DNA of 64,000 bases from the human T2T-CHM13v2.0 reference genome, Homo sapiens. Under the pieces are notes generated by a model. The model was not told the origin of the DNA. It searched no databases and saw only the letters and a list, made by a program, of their open reading frames with translations. The position numbers and the translations under genes were made by a program. The DNA is taken from assembly GCA_009914755.4 (NCBI GenBank), contig CP086569.2, positions 13,792,001 to 13,856,000 of the forward strand. Reading direction: 5' to 3'. Positions 45,627 through 63,900 of this stretch are shown one piece after another. Within the stretch, counting starts at the first letter, position 1. Every line of letters begins with the position of its first letter.

Positions 45627-48351
45627 TCACTATATAATTATTAGTAGTAAAAGTCAGTTATTAAAAAGATTTCCCCCAGTTTAAGAGATGTGTATGGGTT
45701 TATAGCTTAGTTATAGAACATTTTATTTCCAATGAGTATGCCGTAGATAAAACGCACTTTGATAAAAGACTATACATTTTGTTTATAGAACAAGGATAGA
45801 AAGTATTTTTTTAAAAAAGACTACAGATTTTTTTCTTTGGTACAGGCACAGTGCTCTGACATGCATTACTCAAGACTCAACTTCATATCTTTAAAAGATT
45901 TTCAGAGTATTGAGAAGATACTATATTATATCTGGAAGTTACATGAAAGAATGTAAATAAAAAAAGTTTTTCAGAAGTTATAACTTTATCACTGTTTGAA
46001 ATAAATTAAGAAAAACCTTTTAATCAGTAAAATCAGACTAAAAAATGCAGTGTTCTCAGTTCAAGACAACTTTCTTATTGTTAATAAAAGAATTTATTAA
46101 TAAAATGGATTATAGAAAGCAGCAGCTATTTTGTGCAGCTGTTGGAGCCTTGACAATAAAAAGCTATGATTTCCAACTATCTCTAATCATTCCAAATAAT
46201 TAAATAGTTATACACTTAAATATATATTTAATTAAAGTTTAGGAGAACTAGTTTTAAAATATATGGTCTCCTTAAATTACTTTTTTTTCCTTCTTTTTTT
46301 TGAGCATGACAATAATTGTAAATTTAGGCAACACTATAACTAGTCTCTAGTTAGACCTGCTGAAACAGGACAGATGATGAGGTAAGAGATGATTTCTAGT
46401 TATACTAAAATTCTTTAGATATCTAGGCTCTAGGGGATTGGGACCCATGGAGGGTCTGTGCATATGAACTCAACAGCTTCTCCCAGATGTCTAATCATTT
46501 TCATCAATTTTATTGTTGAAAATTATTAGATCAAAGTAGTATGCATATATTCCCTCTAAGATCTCAGACTCCCTTTGCAGGTGCTGAAGAGGTTCATTCC
46601 ACATGATGAGGGATTGAAGGTGAAGTGAGCATAGGGGAAAGAAAAAGCATGCGGAAGTCAGTTGAATTTATTACATTTCTGTGTTTGTTTTTGCACCGTT
46701 GCCAGAATTAGCCAAAGTCAAACCTCAATGTATTACATATAAGTATGAAACAAAATCTGTTTCATGACAAAGGAGACATTTTTCCCTATGATGGCAAATT
46801 TGTACAACAAACACTGGCCATAGAAACTGCTCAATGTGCATTACTGGTTATCTCCAGGATATGGGAAGTATAGTATGGAGGAAGGGGACAAAGCAGAAAA
46901 AGAATGTACATTCTTCAGCAAACACATTTCAAACCCCCAGGCCTATCTGTGTTTATCCCAGAACTAATCAGGATAAGTCCATGAGAGGTACCGGTTACCA
47001 GTGGCTTTTATAACCCAAGCTATTCATTGGTATTTCTATAGTCAGGCTAACAAGAAGACCTAGAAGCTACTTTAACTTCATTCTCCTAACAGAGGTCTTT
47101 CATGACTCATTGCTTGATACCTTATATTCAAAACGTTCTTTGGAAACAAATTCTGGAGCTCAGTTTTACTTGTACCAATACATATCTGACTTTGGCATTA
47201 CAAATTAGTTTTTTCTCGTTTTCTATTTAAAGATTCAACATGTTTTATACATTCAGTTATATACAGTGAACCTCAAGCAGGGAATGCATTTTGGAAGTTT
47301 AAAAAGCTATTTTGCTCATTCTGAAGTATAGAAATAGAGATAGAGATATATAGGTACAATGATTTAATTAAATACATACTTATTTGGTCAGTATTTGCTC
47401 CTTGACTAGAATGTGAACTTGCTTTATTACTATAGTCCATCAATTGGTATAGTACCTTGTATATAGGAAATGCTTGAAAAACATTTGAGTTGTTATTTGG
47501 CTTACTGATACTGATCATTGTAAGATTTGATGAACAAGTAAATCTACAGTGAATAAATAGAACAGTGGGGAAAAAAAATGATGTCTCTGGTTGACAGAGA
47601 CAGATTTTGGGGGAAAAATTAAAAGATTTGATGCCTTCAGATACTTAGCAGCAGTACTTCTTAACACTGTCTTAGGATTCTTACACTTCCTTGAGGCCTT
47701 TTATTTATAAGAGACTCTAATGAGCCTGATATGATGACACTGACGCCACTAAACCTAGAATCTAGACACAGCCATATAGAAAGGAGATCAGAAGTATGAC
47801 AATGAGGACTGAGAGACTGAGTTAATTCTACTTAGCATCTCTCCAGTGGAGATGGGCAGACATCAGAACAGTTTAGAACTTAATCTGTTTATCTTGACAA
47901 GCTAAGGAGAGAAATTTCTTACCAGTTTTAATATCTCTACAGGAATTTCAAACTAGGATATAACATTCTTTTAATGTCAGGTATTAACTACTAATGTTTA
48001 GGTAGTTTATTGTAAATTTACAATGTCAGGCATTAACTATTAAAGTTTAGATAGTTTATTATCAATTTATAATAATCACCTCACAGCATATGGACATACC
48101 TTTTGCTATTACTTAAAAGCATAGCATTTTCACTGTGGTTTACAATAAAGACAATATTAAAAATCTCTATTTTAGGAAACATGTTCACCCAAAGATAGGA
48201 GTGCTTTCTTCCAGTGAAAGAATATAAAACTTGTTTTCCTAAAATGTAGATCTACATAAATTTGTCAGATAGTCAACCTCTGGCTACGTATGTGTGCTTA
48301 ACTTTCATGTGAGCATGGTTTACTAATGAAAGTTAATAACAACAAAATACT

Positions 48352-50045
<1,694 letters not shown>

Positions 50046-51704
50046 TAATAGCAAAAGCAAATACAAATGAAACAAAACCAATCTACTAAATATAAATATA
50101 TTAAAACTACTAAAATATATAAGAATATATTTAATCAAATTAGTTTTTTTTCTCATTCTCTATAACTGATATTCAGCGGCAATTTCAACACCATTTTGGC
50201 AGCTTGGGAAATTAATAAAAGGAAAAGTAAGTGCCATAGAAGAAAATAATATAATTAAAGATAAATACTTGGTAATAAAAGGACAAAATGAAACCACAGT
50301 ATGGACTGTTAAACATGTTTGTTACCGAATACAGTGGTAGAATTTTACCAAGGAACACAACTTTTCCAAATAAAATGGCGAAATAGGGAACAAAAATATG
50401 AATTATACTGGTGAATTTAAACATTTAATCTTCTGTGAAAGTGCAAAAAATGAATATTTGCAAACCTCGATTTTCCTGAATTGTTAAAGGATTGTAAAAG
50501 GACAAGATTATGTATTCCTTGGCTAAGTTTATGCCAATTTTTTTTGTCTACCAAACAGAACCAAGAGTACTCTGAGAGTCTATGCCATCTCCAAAGATAG
50601 TACTTTTTATAACAATTTTGTTTAGCAGTCTTCTCCTTCGATTAAACTTATGCTTACCAGGCACAATAATACCCTTCTTTTATCTACTAGCAATAGAAGG
50701 CCTTCTAAGCAGACCTGTTACAAGACAGCACAGCCAAGTATTGCAGATGCCATATCTGTGGCAGCTGCTATTTGAATTCTTTCCCCTCTAACAACCCAAT
50801 TCATTTTTAAGTTTGGTAATCAACAGGGGTCTTGATATGAATATCACATATGCTTACTTCAGGAGCTGCCTAGAGGAACCTAGGTAGCTACGTCAAGGTA
50901 CTGAATCTGTTTTAGCTTTCTTCCGGTAAAGCAGCTCTTGACACAGAGTTCTTTCCTTTCCTATCTCTTCCCATATTCCTCCCTCACCCACTTCCATCTC
51001 CACTTCAAAGTTGGGCCTGGGTTGCTGTTTTCTTGGTATATGTCTACTAGGACAATAAATGGGCTGAAAACATTGTGGGACTCAAAATTCTCAGGAGACT
51101 TTGTGGCCTGGAAGAATATTTTTATGTTCTCCACATTTTAGAGCTATACTTATGAATAAAATCATGAGTGACTATTCTATAAATCATTCTTTATACCACA
51201 ATAGACTTCTGTTGTAAATGTACACTAACATATGGTTTAGACTCTGCATAAGACTAATGTGTTTATTTGTCTGAGGATTCTGAACCATATTACTTATGTT
51301 GCTTAGTTTCTTATGTGAGAAAGAGCATCTCAGATTCTGGAACTGTTAATTCTCAGGATCAATAACAATGCACAGAGTGTTTGTCTTAATGAAAACAAAC
51401 TTGTCTTGTGTGCACAGCAAGCATGAATCCTATGAACAGGATGTACTTACCTGGAGAAAAAGTACTATTACTCTTATTTAAGCTTATGGTAATAGTAGTT
51501 ATAACAGCAAAAACAAAAAAAATAAGCAAACTCTTCGGTTCTCGGGACTTTTAATGCTTGTTTAAAAAAGGAAAGATCTTGCAGTAAGAATTTCCCAGTA
51601 CAACTTAAAAATCAGTGTGTGGAATATTAACACCAAAACAAAAAAGGCCCTTGGTTTATATTTTGTGTCATTTAATGATTTCATTCATTAACTATTATTT
51701 TTTC

Positions 51705-52122
51705 CCTTCCTTTCCTTCCCTCCCTCCCTCCCTTCTTCCTTTCCTTTTCCTTCCTTCACTCCCTCCTTCCTTCCTCCTTCCCTCCCTCCTTCCCTTTCCT
51801 CCTTCCCTCCTTCCCTTTCCTCCCTCCCTCCTTCCCTTTCCTCCCTTCCTCCTTCCCTTCCCTCCCTCCCTTTCCTTCCTTCCTTCCTTCCTTCCTTCAT
51901 CCTTCCTTTCTTTCTCTCTCTCTCTCGTTCTTTCTTTCTCTCTTTATTTCTTTTTCTCTCTCTCCCTTTCCTTCCTTCCCTCCCTCCCTCTTTCTCTCTT
52001 TTTCTTTCTTTCTCTCTTTCTGTCTCTTTTTTTCCTTTTTTCTTTCTTTCTTTCTTTCTCTCCTTCTTTCTTTCTTTCTATCTTTCTTTCTTTCTTTCCT
52101 TCATTCCTTCTTTCCTTCTTTC
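51705..52122. repeat. Long (TTCC/CTCC/CTTT)n polypyrimidine tract (~420 bp), again fused to the tail side of an antisense Alu
   Basis: ccttcctttccttccctccctccc... Source of low-complexity ORFs 51615..52133 and 51688..51900. Confidence 0.9.
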
Positions 52123-52128
52123 TGTGTG

Positions 52129-52424
52129 GATGAGCCAGTCTTGCTCTGTCATGAGGCTGGAGTGCAATGATGCAATCTTTGGCTCACTGCAACGTCCACC
52201 TCCTGGGTTCAAGCAATTCTCCTGCCTCAGCCTCCCGAGTAGCTGGGATTACAGGCACCTGCCACCATGCCTGGCTAATTTTTGTATTTTTAGTAGAGAT
52301 GGGGTTTCACCATATTGGCTAGGCTGGTCTCTTGGCCAGGCTGGTCTCAAACTCATGACCTTGTGATCCACCCACCTTGGCCTCCCAAAGTGCTGGGATT
52401 ACAGGCATGAGCCACTGCCCTGGC
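52129..52424 (-). mobile_element. Alu
   Basis: gagccagtcttgctctgtcatgaggctggagtgcaatgatgc ... catgagccactgccctggcc. Confidence 0.85.
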
Positions 52425-53673
52425 CCCTATACTTTTTTCTAAAAGATACACAATAGCCACCCAGAGAACAAAATATACAAAATAAACATTTATTTTAAAT
52501 CTCTTCTGTCAATCTTTTTTTCCCCCTCAGGAAAGTTAATGCTGATTTGAATTGTTAACCATATATATAAACTTATTCATTTTAGCTTTGATGTTAGCTT
52601 ATAGGAAATGAATTCTTAGGTAGACTTGGATTAGCAGGCTGGTCTCAGTACTGATTTAGATCCACTTCACCATATTTCAAATTGCCAACCAGGGGTGGAA
52701 AGTACTTGCTACTTACATAAATGTGAGGGCTGCATTCACACTTACGTAATGCATTTAAAGTTTCCCTAATGAAAGGCCCTTGTGAGGCTCACTGAGAAGG
52801 AAGCCTGGCAGTATGGGAGACATTGTCTGAGATTGGAATCAGGAGTCTGGGTTTTTTTTTTTTTTTTTTTAATCTCAAAACTGCTATTAAGAAGTGGTGG
52901 CTATGGTCAAGCACAGAACTTCAGCAGAGTAACAGCACGAAACTAGGGTTTTCAAGCTGAAAACCTCTGGGTCCTATTTCAGTTTTCTGCCAAGGCATTA
53001 AAAACCACTAACAAAATTACTAATTGGTATTGTTATACTAAAAAGCTGAAGTCAGATGTAGTAGAGTTAGAGTTGATTTTGGCAAGAGATACCTACTTCT
53101 GCTCTCTTTTACGTGGATATGAAATTCTTGTAGGTTACTAATCCCTTTTGAAGAATCAGAAATCTAATATACATGATTACATGATTCACATGACACTACC
53201 AGGTAATTGTTTTATATATGCCAGGATTTATATGTTATCATTTTTCAGGAATGTGGCATTTTTCAGGAACTAGGCCCAAAAGACCAGACAAAACCAGAAT
53301 TCAGTCACTGATGCTAGGTAACACGGCTAGGTGCCACACAATCAACTTTGAATGGACCAATTTTCAAAAAAACAAGAGTGACAGTACTAATAGAAAGGGC
53401 CTGGCTTATCTGAACTAGCAAAATAAGGAAGTCCCATCTGTTTTAACACTATAAGAAAATAACTTTGAAATGATTAATTCACTTTTTGTTCCCTTTCTGC
53501 TTTCTTGAGCCACTTTTGGCCTAAAAAACCAATTTCCTGTTCTCAGCTTGTCTTCTTGTACACGGTCAGTACAGATGCAACTATCCATATACTCCCCTGC
53601 CCCTGAATAGAGTTGATCCTTGAGCAATGCAGGGATTAGGGGCACCAAACCCTATCTGCTCCAAAATCTGCAA

Positions 53674-53960
53674 TTTTTTGTTTGTTTGTTTGTTTTTAAA
53701 GGCAGAGTCTTGCTTTGTTACCCAGGCTGCAGTGCACTGGTTCAAGTGATCTGGGTTGCAGCCCTGACTTCTCAAGTGATCCTCCTACTTCAGCCTGCCA
53801 AGTAGCTGGGATTACCATACCCAGCTAATTTTTGTATTTTTACTAGAGATGGGGTTTCTCCATGTTGGCCAGGCTGGTCTCCAACTCCTGAGTTTAGGTA
53901 ATCTACCTGCCTCGGCCTCCCAAAGTGCTGGGATTCCAAATGTGAGCCACCACTCCAGCC
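53674..53960 (-). mobile_element. Alu (old)
   Basis: gtttgtttgtttttaaaggcagagtcttgctttgttacccaggctgcagtgcactgg... Confidence 0.8.
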
Positions 53961-54021
53961 CAAATCTGCATTTTAGATTCCAAAAATGTAACTACTAATA
54001 GCCAAATTTAATGAATTTTTA

Positions 54022-54306
<285 letters not shown>

Positions 54307-54313
54307 TCAATCA

Positions 54314-54630
<317 letters not shown>

Positions 54631-55397
54631 CCAATCAACCAATGAAACAAGATAATTGCAGGAGTCTTATAAAGCCCAGCAGCTCTGAGGGGAGCAGAAA
54701 TTGCCAACAGTCTTCCTGACATGCTTCAGAAAAGCATTTGAAGGCATTTCAAGTGGAGTCTATCTTCACATTTTCTCGTAGCCCAGTCTAAAAAAAATCA
54801 GACTTTAATTTCACGATAACTGTAGGTACACATGCAGTGGTGAGAAACAATAAAGATCCCGTGTATTATGTATTCAGTTTTCCCTGGTAGTAATATCTTG
54901 CAAAATTATAGAACATGTCAAAAGTAGGATAGTCACATTGATATAATTAAGATACCGAAAAATTTTATGACCACAAAGATCCCTTGAATTGCACTTTTAG
55001 GACAACATTCACTTTCCTCCCAATCCCCATTTTCATCCCAAACCTCTGACAGCTGCTAGTCTGTTCTTTATTTCTGTAATGTATCAATTCAAAAATATGT
55101 AAGTGAAATTGTATAGTGTGTAACTTTTGAGATGGCCATTTTTTTTCCTGACCAAATATAATTCTCTGGAAACCAATAGTTCATCTTCTTTCATCGCTGA
55201 GCTGTATTCCATGGATTATCACTGTTTGTTTAATGATTCACCTGTTGAAAAAAAAATCTCAGTTGCTTCCTCGAACATTTTCACTCATTAATGGGCAAAA
55301 AAACCCAAAAGGAGAGACAGAGTCTATTGTATTTTCCTGTTTTTCCTTTGTTTCTTCTTTCCTGATGTTTCAGAGTTCTTTATTGTTTTATTTTTAG

Positions 55398-55865
<468 letters not shown>

Positions 55866-55939
55866 TGACCTCCATGGCTTGTAATAAGAAATCTACTTTC
55901 AAATTGTTTTCTGTGTAGCTAAGGTGTCATTTCTCTCAT

Positions 55940-56246
55940 TTATTTATTTATTTATTTATTTTGAGACAGAGTTTTGCTCTTGCTGCCCAGGCTGGAGTGC
56001 GATGGCGTGATCTCCACTGACTGCAATCTCTGCCTCCTGGGTTCAAGTGATTCTCCTGCCTCAGTCTCTTGAGTAGCTTTGATTATAGGCAGTTGCCACC
56101 ATGCTGGGTTAATTTTTGTATATTTTTTAGTAGAGACAGGGTTTCACCATGTTGGCCAAGCTGGTCTCGAACTCCTGACCCTTGTGATCTGCCTGCCTTG
56201 GTGTCCCAAAGTGCTGGGATTATAGGCATGAGCTACTGCACCCGCC
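55940..56246 (-). mobile_element. Alu
   Basis: tttatttatttattttgagacagagttttgctcttgctgcccaggctggagtgcgatggcgtg... Confidence 0.85.
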
Positions 56247-56359
56247 TCTGTCACTTATTTTAATAAACTTTTTCTTTGAGTTTAACTTTCAGAAGTTTGG
56301 CAATTATGTATCTTGGTATGGATTTTATTGTTATTAGATTTATTATGTAATCAGAAGAG

Positions 56360-56452
56360 TGTGTGTGTATGTATATATACATATGTGCACATACACATAT
56401 ATACACATACATATATACACACACATACACACACACATATATACACACACAT
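56360..56452. repeat. Compound (GT)n/(TATG)n/(CA)n microsatellite
   Basis: gtgtgtgtatgtatatatacatatgtgcacatacacatatatacacatacatatatacacacacatacacacacacat... Confidence 0.9.
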
Positions 56453-59219
56453 GCATATTTATCCTCTTTAGGTTTGTTCAGATTCTTGAATGTATAGATT
56501 CATATCTTTTGCAAAATTTATGAATCTTTCAGCCACTATTTATTTAAGTTCATTAAGAAATAATTCTTGCTGTCTTTCAGCTGTGTTTATAGGATGCAAG
56601 ACACAAGTGTTAGGTCTTTTGTTTTGTTTTCAGGGGACCACAGCTCCTTAAATCTTTGTTCATTTTTTTTCAATATTCGAATTTTTATTAATGTATACAT
56701 GCATACAGGAATATATGCACAAAACATTTGTGGAAAGCTTGCTGAATTATCACAAAGTAAATACACTTGTATAACCTAGAAATAAAATCAGACTTGCTCA
56801 TGCCCCTGACAATCACTTTCTCATTCTTCCCAAAGGTAAACAAGATATTAAGAGCTAAGTGTAGATCAACTTTGTCATTTTGTACAAGTGTTTAATTACA
56901 GAACATTAAAAACATATACAAAATACAAAAAGTAGTATAATAGACCTATCATCCAACCTTAACAGCTACTAGTCATGTGCCATTCTTGTTTCATCTATAT
57001 GTCAATCCATTCCCCACCCCCCACTTCATTTGTTTTCTACTTTTTAAAAGATAAAATGCATATACATTGAAATGTATGATCTTACCTATACCTTTTTTAC
57101 AGATCAATACACTTATATAAACTTTCCCCTTTTAAGAATACAATTACTCCATGTAACAATCATTAGTGTGCATATGTTACCTCAAAGTATCATTTAAAAT
57201 CCAAATTTTAATAAAATGGGTCTGAGTTTTGACTGAGAATTTGTATATCTAACAAAGTACAGATCCATAGAGCACATGGTAACTACAATGTCTCTCTTAT
57301 CTGAAGTAAATATAATTTGATGAATACAATTAAGGAAAATTGACCTAAGGTGAAAGGACAAATCAAAACATCTGTGCAATATGCTATCTGTGGGAGCATT
57401 TGGTTACTGTTGTAACATAAACTAACCAAACAGTTTTATTATTTATTATTTTAATAATCAAAACTGGCAAACTTCCTACTAAGCCCCCTAAAGTATGAGA
57501 GGTCTAACCAGCAGGTATAGACTTTTCAGGAGGGAGAAATGAGGCTGCAATTTTGAGGGGCTCTTCTGGAACATGTCTGGAAGATGAATGTTGAGGAACA
57601 GTGTGGGCTTTGGTGTACTCAGATGATGTCTGTCATGGGGAGGCAGGAAGTCAATGCTCAGAATCTGGGCTGGTGTCTTTGAGGTCAGTAGGTTGCCTCT
57701 TTGTAGGCAGATCCATTTTCATTAGGGAAGAGTCTGAGAGTCTTAATGGTGTCTAGAGCCCCTCTTTGACTTCCTTTGGGAGATGGAGCCTGAAAGGGGG
57801 AAAGTCAGTATTTTTGGGAAATTCTAGAAAGTCTGGTTGGAAACCTCATTAAGGCCTCTTGCCTGGTACTTGAATGCCCAATTTGCAGTCTGAACCACAT
57901 AGAGCTGGGTTTTCATTTATATCAGCACATCCTTATGTCAGTGTTAAGGGAGTGGCCAGGACAAGTGTCTTGGGTGTAGGCTAGGAAACATCATAAAAGC
58001 AAACTACCAAATTGCTGGCTTTCATTTTGGCAATAAGCCCTGGCCAAAGTGCTTGACTTCAGCATGAGACCAGTCCAGAGACCCACCTTCATGCACCAGC
58101 TGTCCATAATGTAAGAGGGAGCCCAGTTCACGTCTTGATGAGAGATTCAGTAAGATGGAAGAATCACATCTCATGTTTCTTGACAGCTGGCTGGCTTGTG
58201 AGAACAGATACAGGACACATCTATTTTTGAATGTGTGGACAAGCTTCAGCCTTCTTTCAGTTTTGCTGATGCTTCAATTGAAGTCTCCTCAGGAACTTCT
58301 GCAGTAGATGCTTCCTCTGTACTTGTTGCCTTTCCTTGGAAATAAATTCGTTTGTTCCAAATCTTGCAGTAGAATTGATGCACCAGAAAGATATACCACA
58401 GAAAATCTGCTTTTCTGCATCCTCCCTGAATAGAATTGAGGCTGTCCCTACTCTGGTACAGTTAATCCGAAAAAGGTTTCAACATTCATTGGGGAGTTTC
58501 CCACATGGGCTTTCAAGAAATCCAAAAACTACCAGGACTAGGGCCTCCAGGGCCCTGCAGGGGCTGCACTGGCACATGCAAAGAGACGCAGCAAAGGGGA
58601 AGGGGCAAGAAGAAGGTGGGTGCTGATGGAAGAGGAGAGTGGCCAGGGTGGAGTAAGTGACTGGGTGTACCAAATGCCCAGAAGGCAAGCATAACTATGG
58701 CAACTCTGAAGAAGCTGTGGGAGGATACTTGCCCCTTATTCTGTGAGAAATCAAACTGCTAGCACTGACATGTCAGGAAGCCAGCATGTTGAGGGATGCA
58801 GTATCACAATTACTTGGTGAGACAAGCTGCCCTGGCTGTGTCTCACCAAGTCATTCCCATCAGGTAGGAGAGGTTAAAGAACAGCTTAGCTTCCCTCTGC
58901 ATGGCGGAACTGCTCTGAAGGTGACAAGGAGAATGGCAAAGGTGAAATCTTTGCAGCTGATGCTGAGAGCTGAAATTTCTTTACTGCTCCTGGCCAGTGC
59001 CTATAGGGCTGTAGACATTTTTATTTCTGTTTATTTATCTCTGTTTAGAGTAGGCAGTGTCCATTATTTTTGTCTTACTCTCTTTGATTCTTTCCCTTTC
59101 ATTCTCCTATTGAGCTCATATACTGATTATTTAAAATCTTTAGTTCTAAAGATTCCCTTCAGTTTGCCATCATATTTTCCATTTATTTCCTAAGACATTG
59201 TTGGAACTTTCTATTATTA

Positions 59220-59534
<315 letters not shown>

Positions 59535-61488
59535 TCACATCATTTTTATCATGGCTTCTGCTGTAGTTTGGACATGCTTTGTTTGGCTCCGTCAAGCCTC
59601 ATGTTGAAACATGATCCTCAGTGTTGTAGGTGGTCTTGTGGAAGGTCTTTCAGTCATAGGAGTAAATCCCTCATTTATGGTGTCAATGGATTGGTATCAA
59701 TTTCATGGTAGTTAGTAAGTTCTCACTCAGTTCCTGCTAGAGCTAGTTGTTAAAAAGAGCCTGGCACTTCCCCTCCCCTCTCTCTTTCACTTTCTCTCTG
59801 TCTCCATGTGTCTGTCCACTCTCCAGGTCCCCTTTACCTTCCACCATGAGTGGAAGCAAACTGAGGCCTCACCAGAAGCAGATGCTGGCACTGTGCTTCC
59901 TGTACAGCCTGTAGAACTGTAAGCCAAATAAGCTTATTTTCTTTTATAAATCACCCAGTCTCAGCCATTTCTTTATAGCAACACAAATGGACTAAGACAA
60001 CTCCTTTAAAATCTTTAGAAGATAATTTTAATATGTTTGTCATCCTGACGTCAGCATCTATTAACTGCCTGCTTTTGCTCAGTTTCAGATCTTCCTGTTT
60101 GTGTAATAAATAAATTTCAGTTGAAACTTGGACATTTTAGTATTATAACATTCTGAGTGTTATTAAAACCTATTTCAGATGGCTTTGTCTGATAGTACTC
60201 CAAAAGTGAAAGGAGGTAGCAGCACCTGGGTGGTGATAGAAGTCATGGAGAGAATAGTTATTCACAGTTGAAGGTAGAACTTAGTTCTCCACCCCATAAC
60301 CTATTGACACTTGAGGTGGTAGGTGGGTTTTGGGTGGGGATAAAAGTCTTGTTTTCTATTTAAACTTTTCCATTGTCACCCTGGCTGGGAGGCTAGGATA
60401 GGCTTCTAAGGGCAGAAGTCCATGTTCTTCATTTGGCCTTTACCAGTGTGAATGAATGTGAGGTTTGCACTTGTTTTTGGTGGTGTTTCACCAGAGCAGA
60501 ATAGTTTCTGTTTAAAGTTTTCTGCCTTGCTAGATTATTCGTTTTCTTTTCCTTAGGCTATTGAGATAAAGCTTTGTTTGAGATGGTTTTGGTTTGTACT
60601 GCTTGGCATGTCTAGGTTGCTGGAATCTTCCGCTTCAAGTCTGAGACACACAAGACAAAAAGAAAATTCAGGTAATCACCATAATACACCATAATATTGT
60701 TCTTTGGGTCCTAAGGTTCCTAGCTACTCTTCCTTTTGTGTATCTTTCAGAATCTTCTTATTGTTGTTTTATACATAAAGTCTAATGGGTGTACTAAAAA
60801 GTGAAAAGCATGTTTATTCCAGCTCCTAGAAATGTAAGTCTTTGCTTTCACTTAAAAAAATTATTTCCATTGACTCTTTTCATCTTCTGCAAGGTTCTGA
60901 CTCCTAGAAAGTTTTCAAATGTCAAATTTAAATGAACAAAGATGGCTACTTTTTAATCTAGCATCCACTGAGTGGTCTCATTTACATTCTCTCTTATATT
61001 TTTTATAACCCTGTAAGCATAAATTACTTTCACTTAACAGAGGACATTTATTAGGAACTGGTAAGGGCAAAAAATTAAGAAAAAGATGTAGAATTAAGGG
61101 AATAAAATTAAGAGAATAAAAATCTTTCCATTTAAAAATTCTGCAGAATACATAATAATAATTTATGGAATTGGTATTAAAAATCATAGAAAGTAATTTG
61201 AGGACTGATTACAAACCATTTGTCATTATAGGATATTGTATAACCATTAAAATGTGCCTTTCTGCTACTGGGAGAAAGTAGGTTAAAACAGAATATATAA
61301 GCCTATGTTTATTTCATTATATATATATGTTATTTATTTATTTAAAAATAAAATAAGATGAAATAAATGTGCATAAGAAAAGCCTAGAAGGACATATACA
61401 AAATATTTACAGCCATATCACTGTGTGAGATGCAGAGAGTGTAGAAAGATAATTGATGAGTCATTCTTCTTTCTTCATTTTATGACTC

Positions 61489-61782
61489 TTTTTTTTTGGT
61501 GGGGACAGAGTCTCACTCTGTTGCCCAGGCTGGCGTGCAGTGATGTGATCTTGGCCTACTGCAACCTCCACTTCCTGGGTTCAAGTGATTCTCCTGCCTC
61601 AGCCTCCTGAGTAGCTGGGATTACAAGCACACACCACCATGCTAGGTTAATTTTTGTATTTTTTGGAGAGATTGTGTTTTGTTATGTTGGCCAGCGTGGT
61701 CTTGAACCCCTGACGTCAAGTGATCTACCCCCTTGGCCTCCCAAAGTGCTGGGATTACAGGTGTAAGCCTCCATGCTTGGCC
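61489..61782 (-). mobile_element. Alu
   Basis: tttttttttggtggggacagagtctcactctgttgcccaggctggcgtgcagtgatgtg... Confidence 0.85.
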
Positions 61783-61934
61783 TTCTATTTTCTGATTTAA
61801 AAATAATGAAGTTATTATATAATCCGAAAAAAAATTTAAATTAATAGATTACAAACAGTGAAATTCAAAGACAAGGAAGCATCACTTACATGGAAAAGGA
61901 TGTGAAAATCAATTTGAGTGCTTTGCAATCAGGA

Positions 61935-62150
<216 letters not shown>

Positions 62151-63196
62151 TAATTAAGGTGTTTTAATGTGTCTTTTCCAAACACTGTGTGCACTAATAT
62201 AATTTTTTGAAAAGGATATAAAAATTTTCTTAATAAAGTTCAAGAAATAGTTTGAAGATAGTAATAAGAGAACTACTTATACAATTAAACTTATCTAACA
62301 AGATTAATGATTTCCTTTTAAATTTTGGCAGTTTTACTACTTTACTAAGATCTAACTGATAAAATACTACAAGGCAAAGATTTAGGAAAAAGTAAATGCT
62401 TTTTATAACTTTTTCTTTTCTCCTTCATGAACTTCTGTATCTCAAAACATTTCCTCTTTTGATGCTGTTCTGTCAATCCCATAAGTTTTTTTAATGTTTA
62501 TATTCTATCTTCTCTTCTGATCATTTATTTTCAAGTAACCCGTATGTTCACAGAGTCTTTCTTCTGTGTGATTAGTTCTGCTGTTCATATTCTCCACGTC
62601 TTTTAAATTTTCATTCATTGTATTTTCCAGCTCCATAAATTCTCTTTGATTGTTAAAAAATAATTTTAATCTCTCTGCTTTATTTCTAGTTTTGGTTATT
62701 CTTTACCTAACCTCACTGAATTATTTCTCTATATTTTGTTATGTTGTGCTTTCTTAAAATGATTAATCTATGAAGGCCAACCTGTCACCAAGGTTTACTG
62801 GGACTGGCCTGGACTGTGGGTCTCCTGGAGTGTAAAGCTATTAGGGCAGGGCAGAAAGGTAGGGCCAAAAAGATAAGTAGCATTTTGTAAACCAGAACCT
62901 GTATCTGCAGGTGTAGGTGTGATTCCTGAGGCCAGAAGTGCTGACTTGGTGAGACAGAAGATTGAAGTTGTGTGTCTTACCCTGTCTCTGGGCTGATCTG
63001 GAATCTGGGGCAGGATGGTGACAGCATGGAGGGAAGCAGAGAAAGAAAACATTAGAAATGTTAGTATAAAGTAGTGAAAATGCTTCTATAGAGAATATAG
63101 GAGTGGATGGCTGTATTCATATTTTCTGCTCCAAATCTGCTGATGTGATATGCATTAATTAATCAGCCTTTCTCTGGTTCTTCTAGTTCTTTCCAG

Positions 63197-63470
63197 ATGG
63201 AGTCTCACTCTGTTGCCCAGACTAGAGTGCAGTGGTGCAATCTCAGCTCACTGTAGCCTCTGTTTCCAGGGTTCAATTCATCCTCCTGCCTTAGCCTCCC
63301 GATTACAGGTGTGCACCATCATGCCTGGCTAATTTTTGTGTTTTTAGTAGAAATAGGGTTTCACCATGTTGGCAGGCTGGTCTTAAATTTCTGACCTCAG
63401 GTGATCCACCATCTTGCCTTCCCAAAGTGCTGGAATTACAGGTGTGAGGCACCATGCCCATCCTGGTTCT
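63197..63470 (-). mobile_element. Alu
   Basis: gatggagtctcactctgttgcccagactagagtgcagtggtgcaatc... Confidence 0.85.
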
Positions 63471-63664
63471 CCTATTTATTATCTGTAAAATAAGTAGCCA
63501 TGTGATAGTCTCTTTAAAAGACCCCACTCTGGAACTAAGGAATTTACTAGACACTGAGGATTTGAAATTCCCGGTTGACTTATTTGAATCTTACTGGGCC
63601 AGAAAAGCAAGAATATATTAATAAGGATTTTGTATCAAGCAATCCTGTTGAGTTGAAAAGCAGG

Positions 63665-63900
63665 TGGCAGGAGTTTTAGACCAGCCTGGGCAACATGCCA
63701 AGACCCTGTCTGTACAAAAAAATACCAAAAAATTAGCAACACATGGTGGCACACACCTATAGTCCCAGCTACCCTAGAGGCGGAGGTGGGAGGATCACTT
63801 GAGCCCAGGAGGTTGAGGTTTCAGTGAGCCAAGATTTTGCCCTTGTAGTCCAGCTTGGGCAATAGAGTAAGATCCTGAAGAAAAAAAAGGTAAAAAAAAC
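63665..63900 (+). mobile_element. Alu (5'-truncated)
   Basis: gcaggagttttagaccagcctgggcaacatgccaagaccctgtctgtacaaaaaaataccaaaaaattagcaacacatggtggcac... Confidence 0.8.

Noticed and set aside
57430-59200. About 1.8 kb non-Alu/L1 block with short ORFs (58336..58626, 58786..59193), possibly a DNA-transposon or MER-type element
   Set aside because: I could not recognise terminal inverted repeats or transposase motifs by eye. It is left unannotated rather than guessed.
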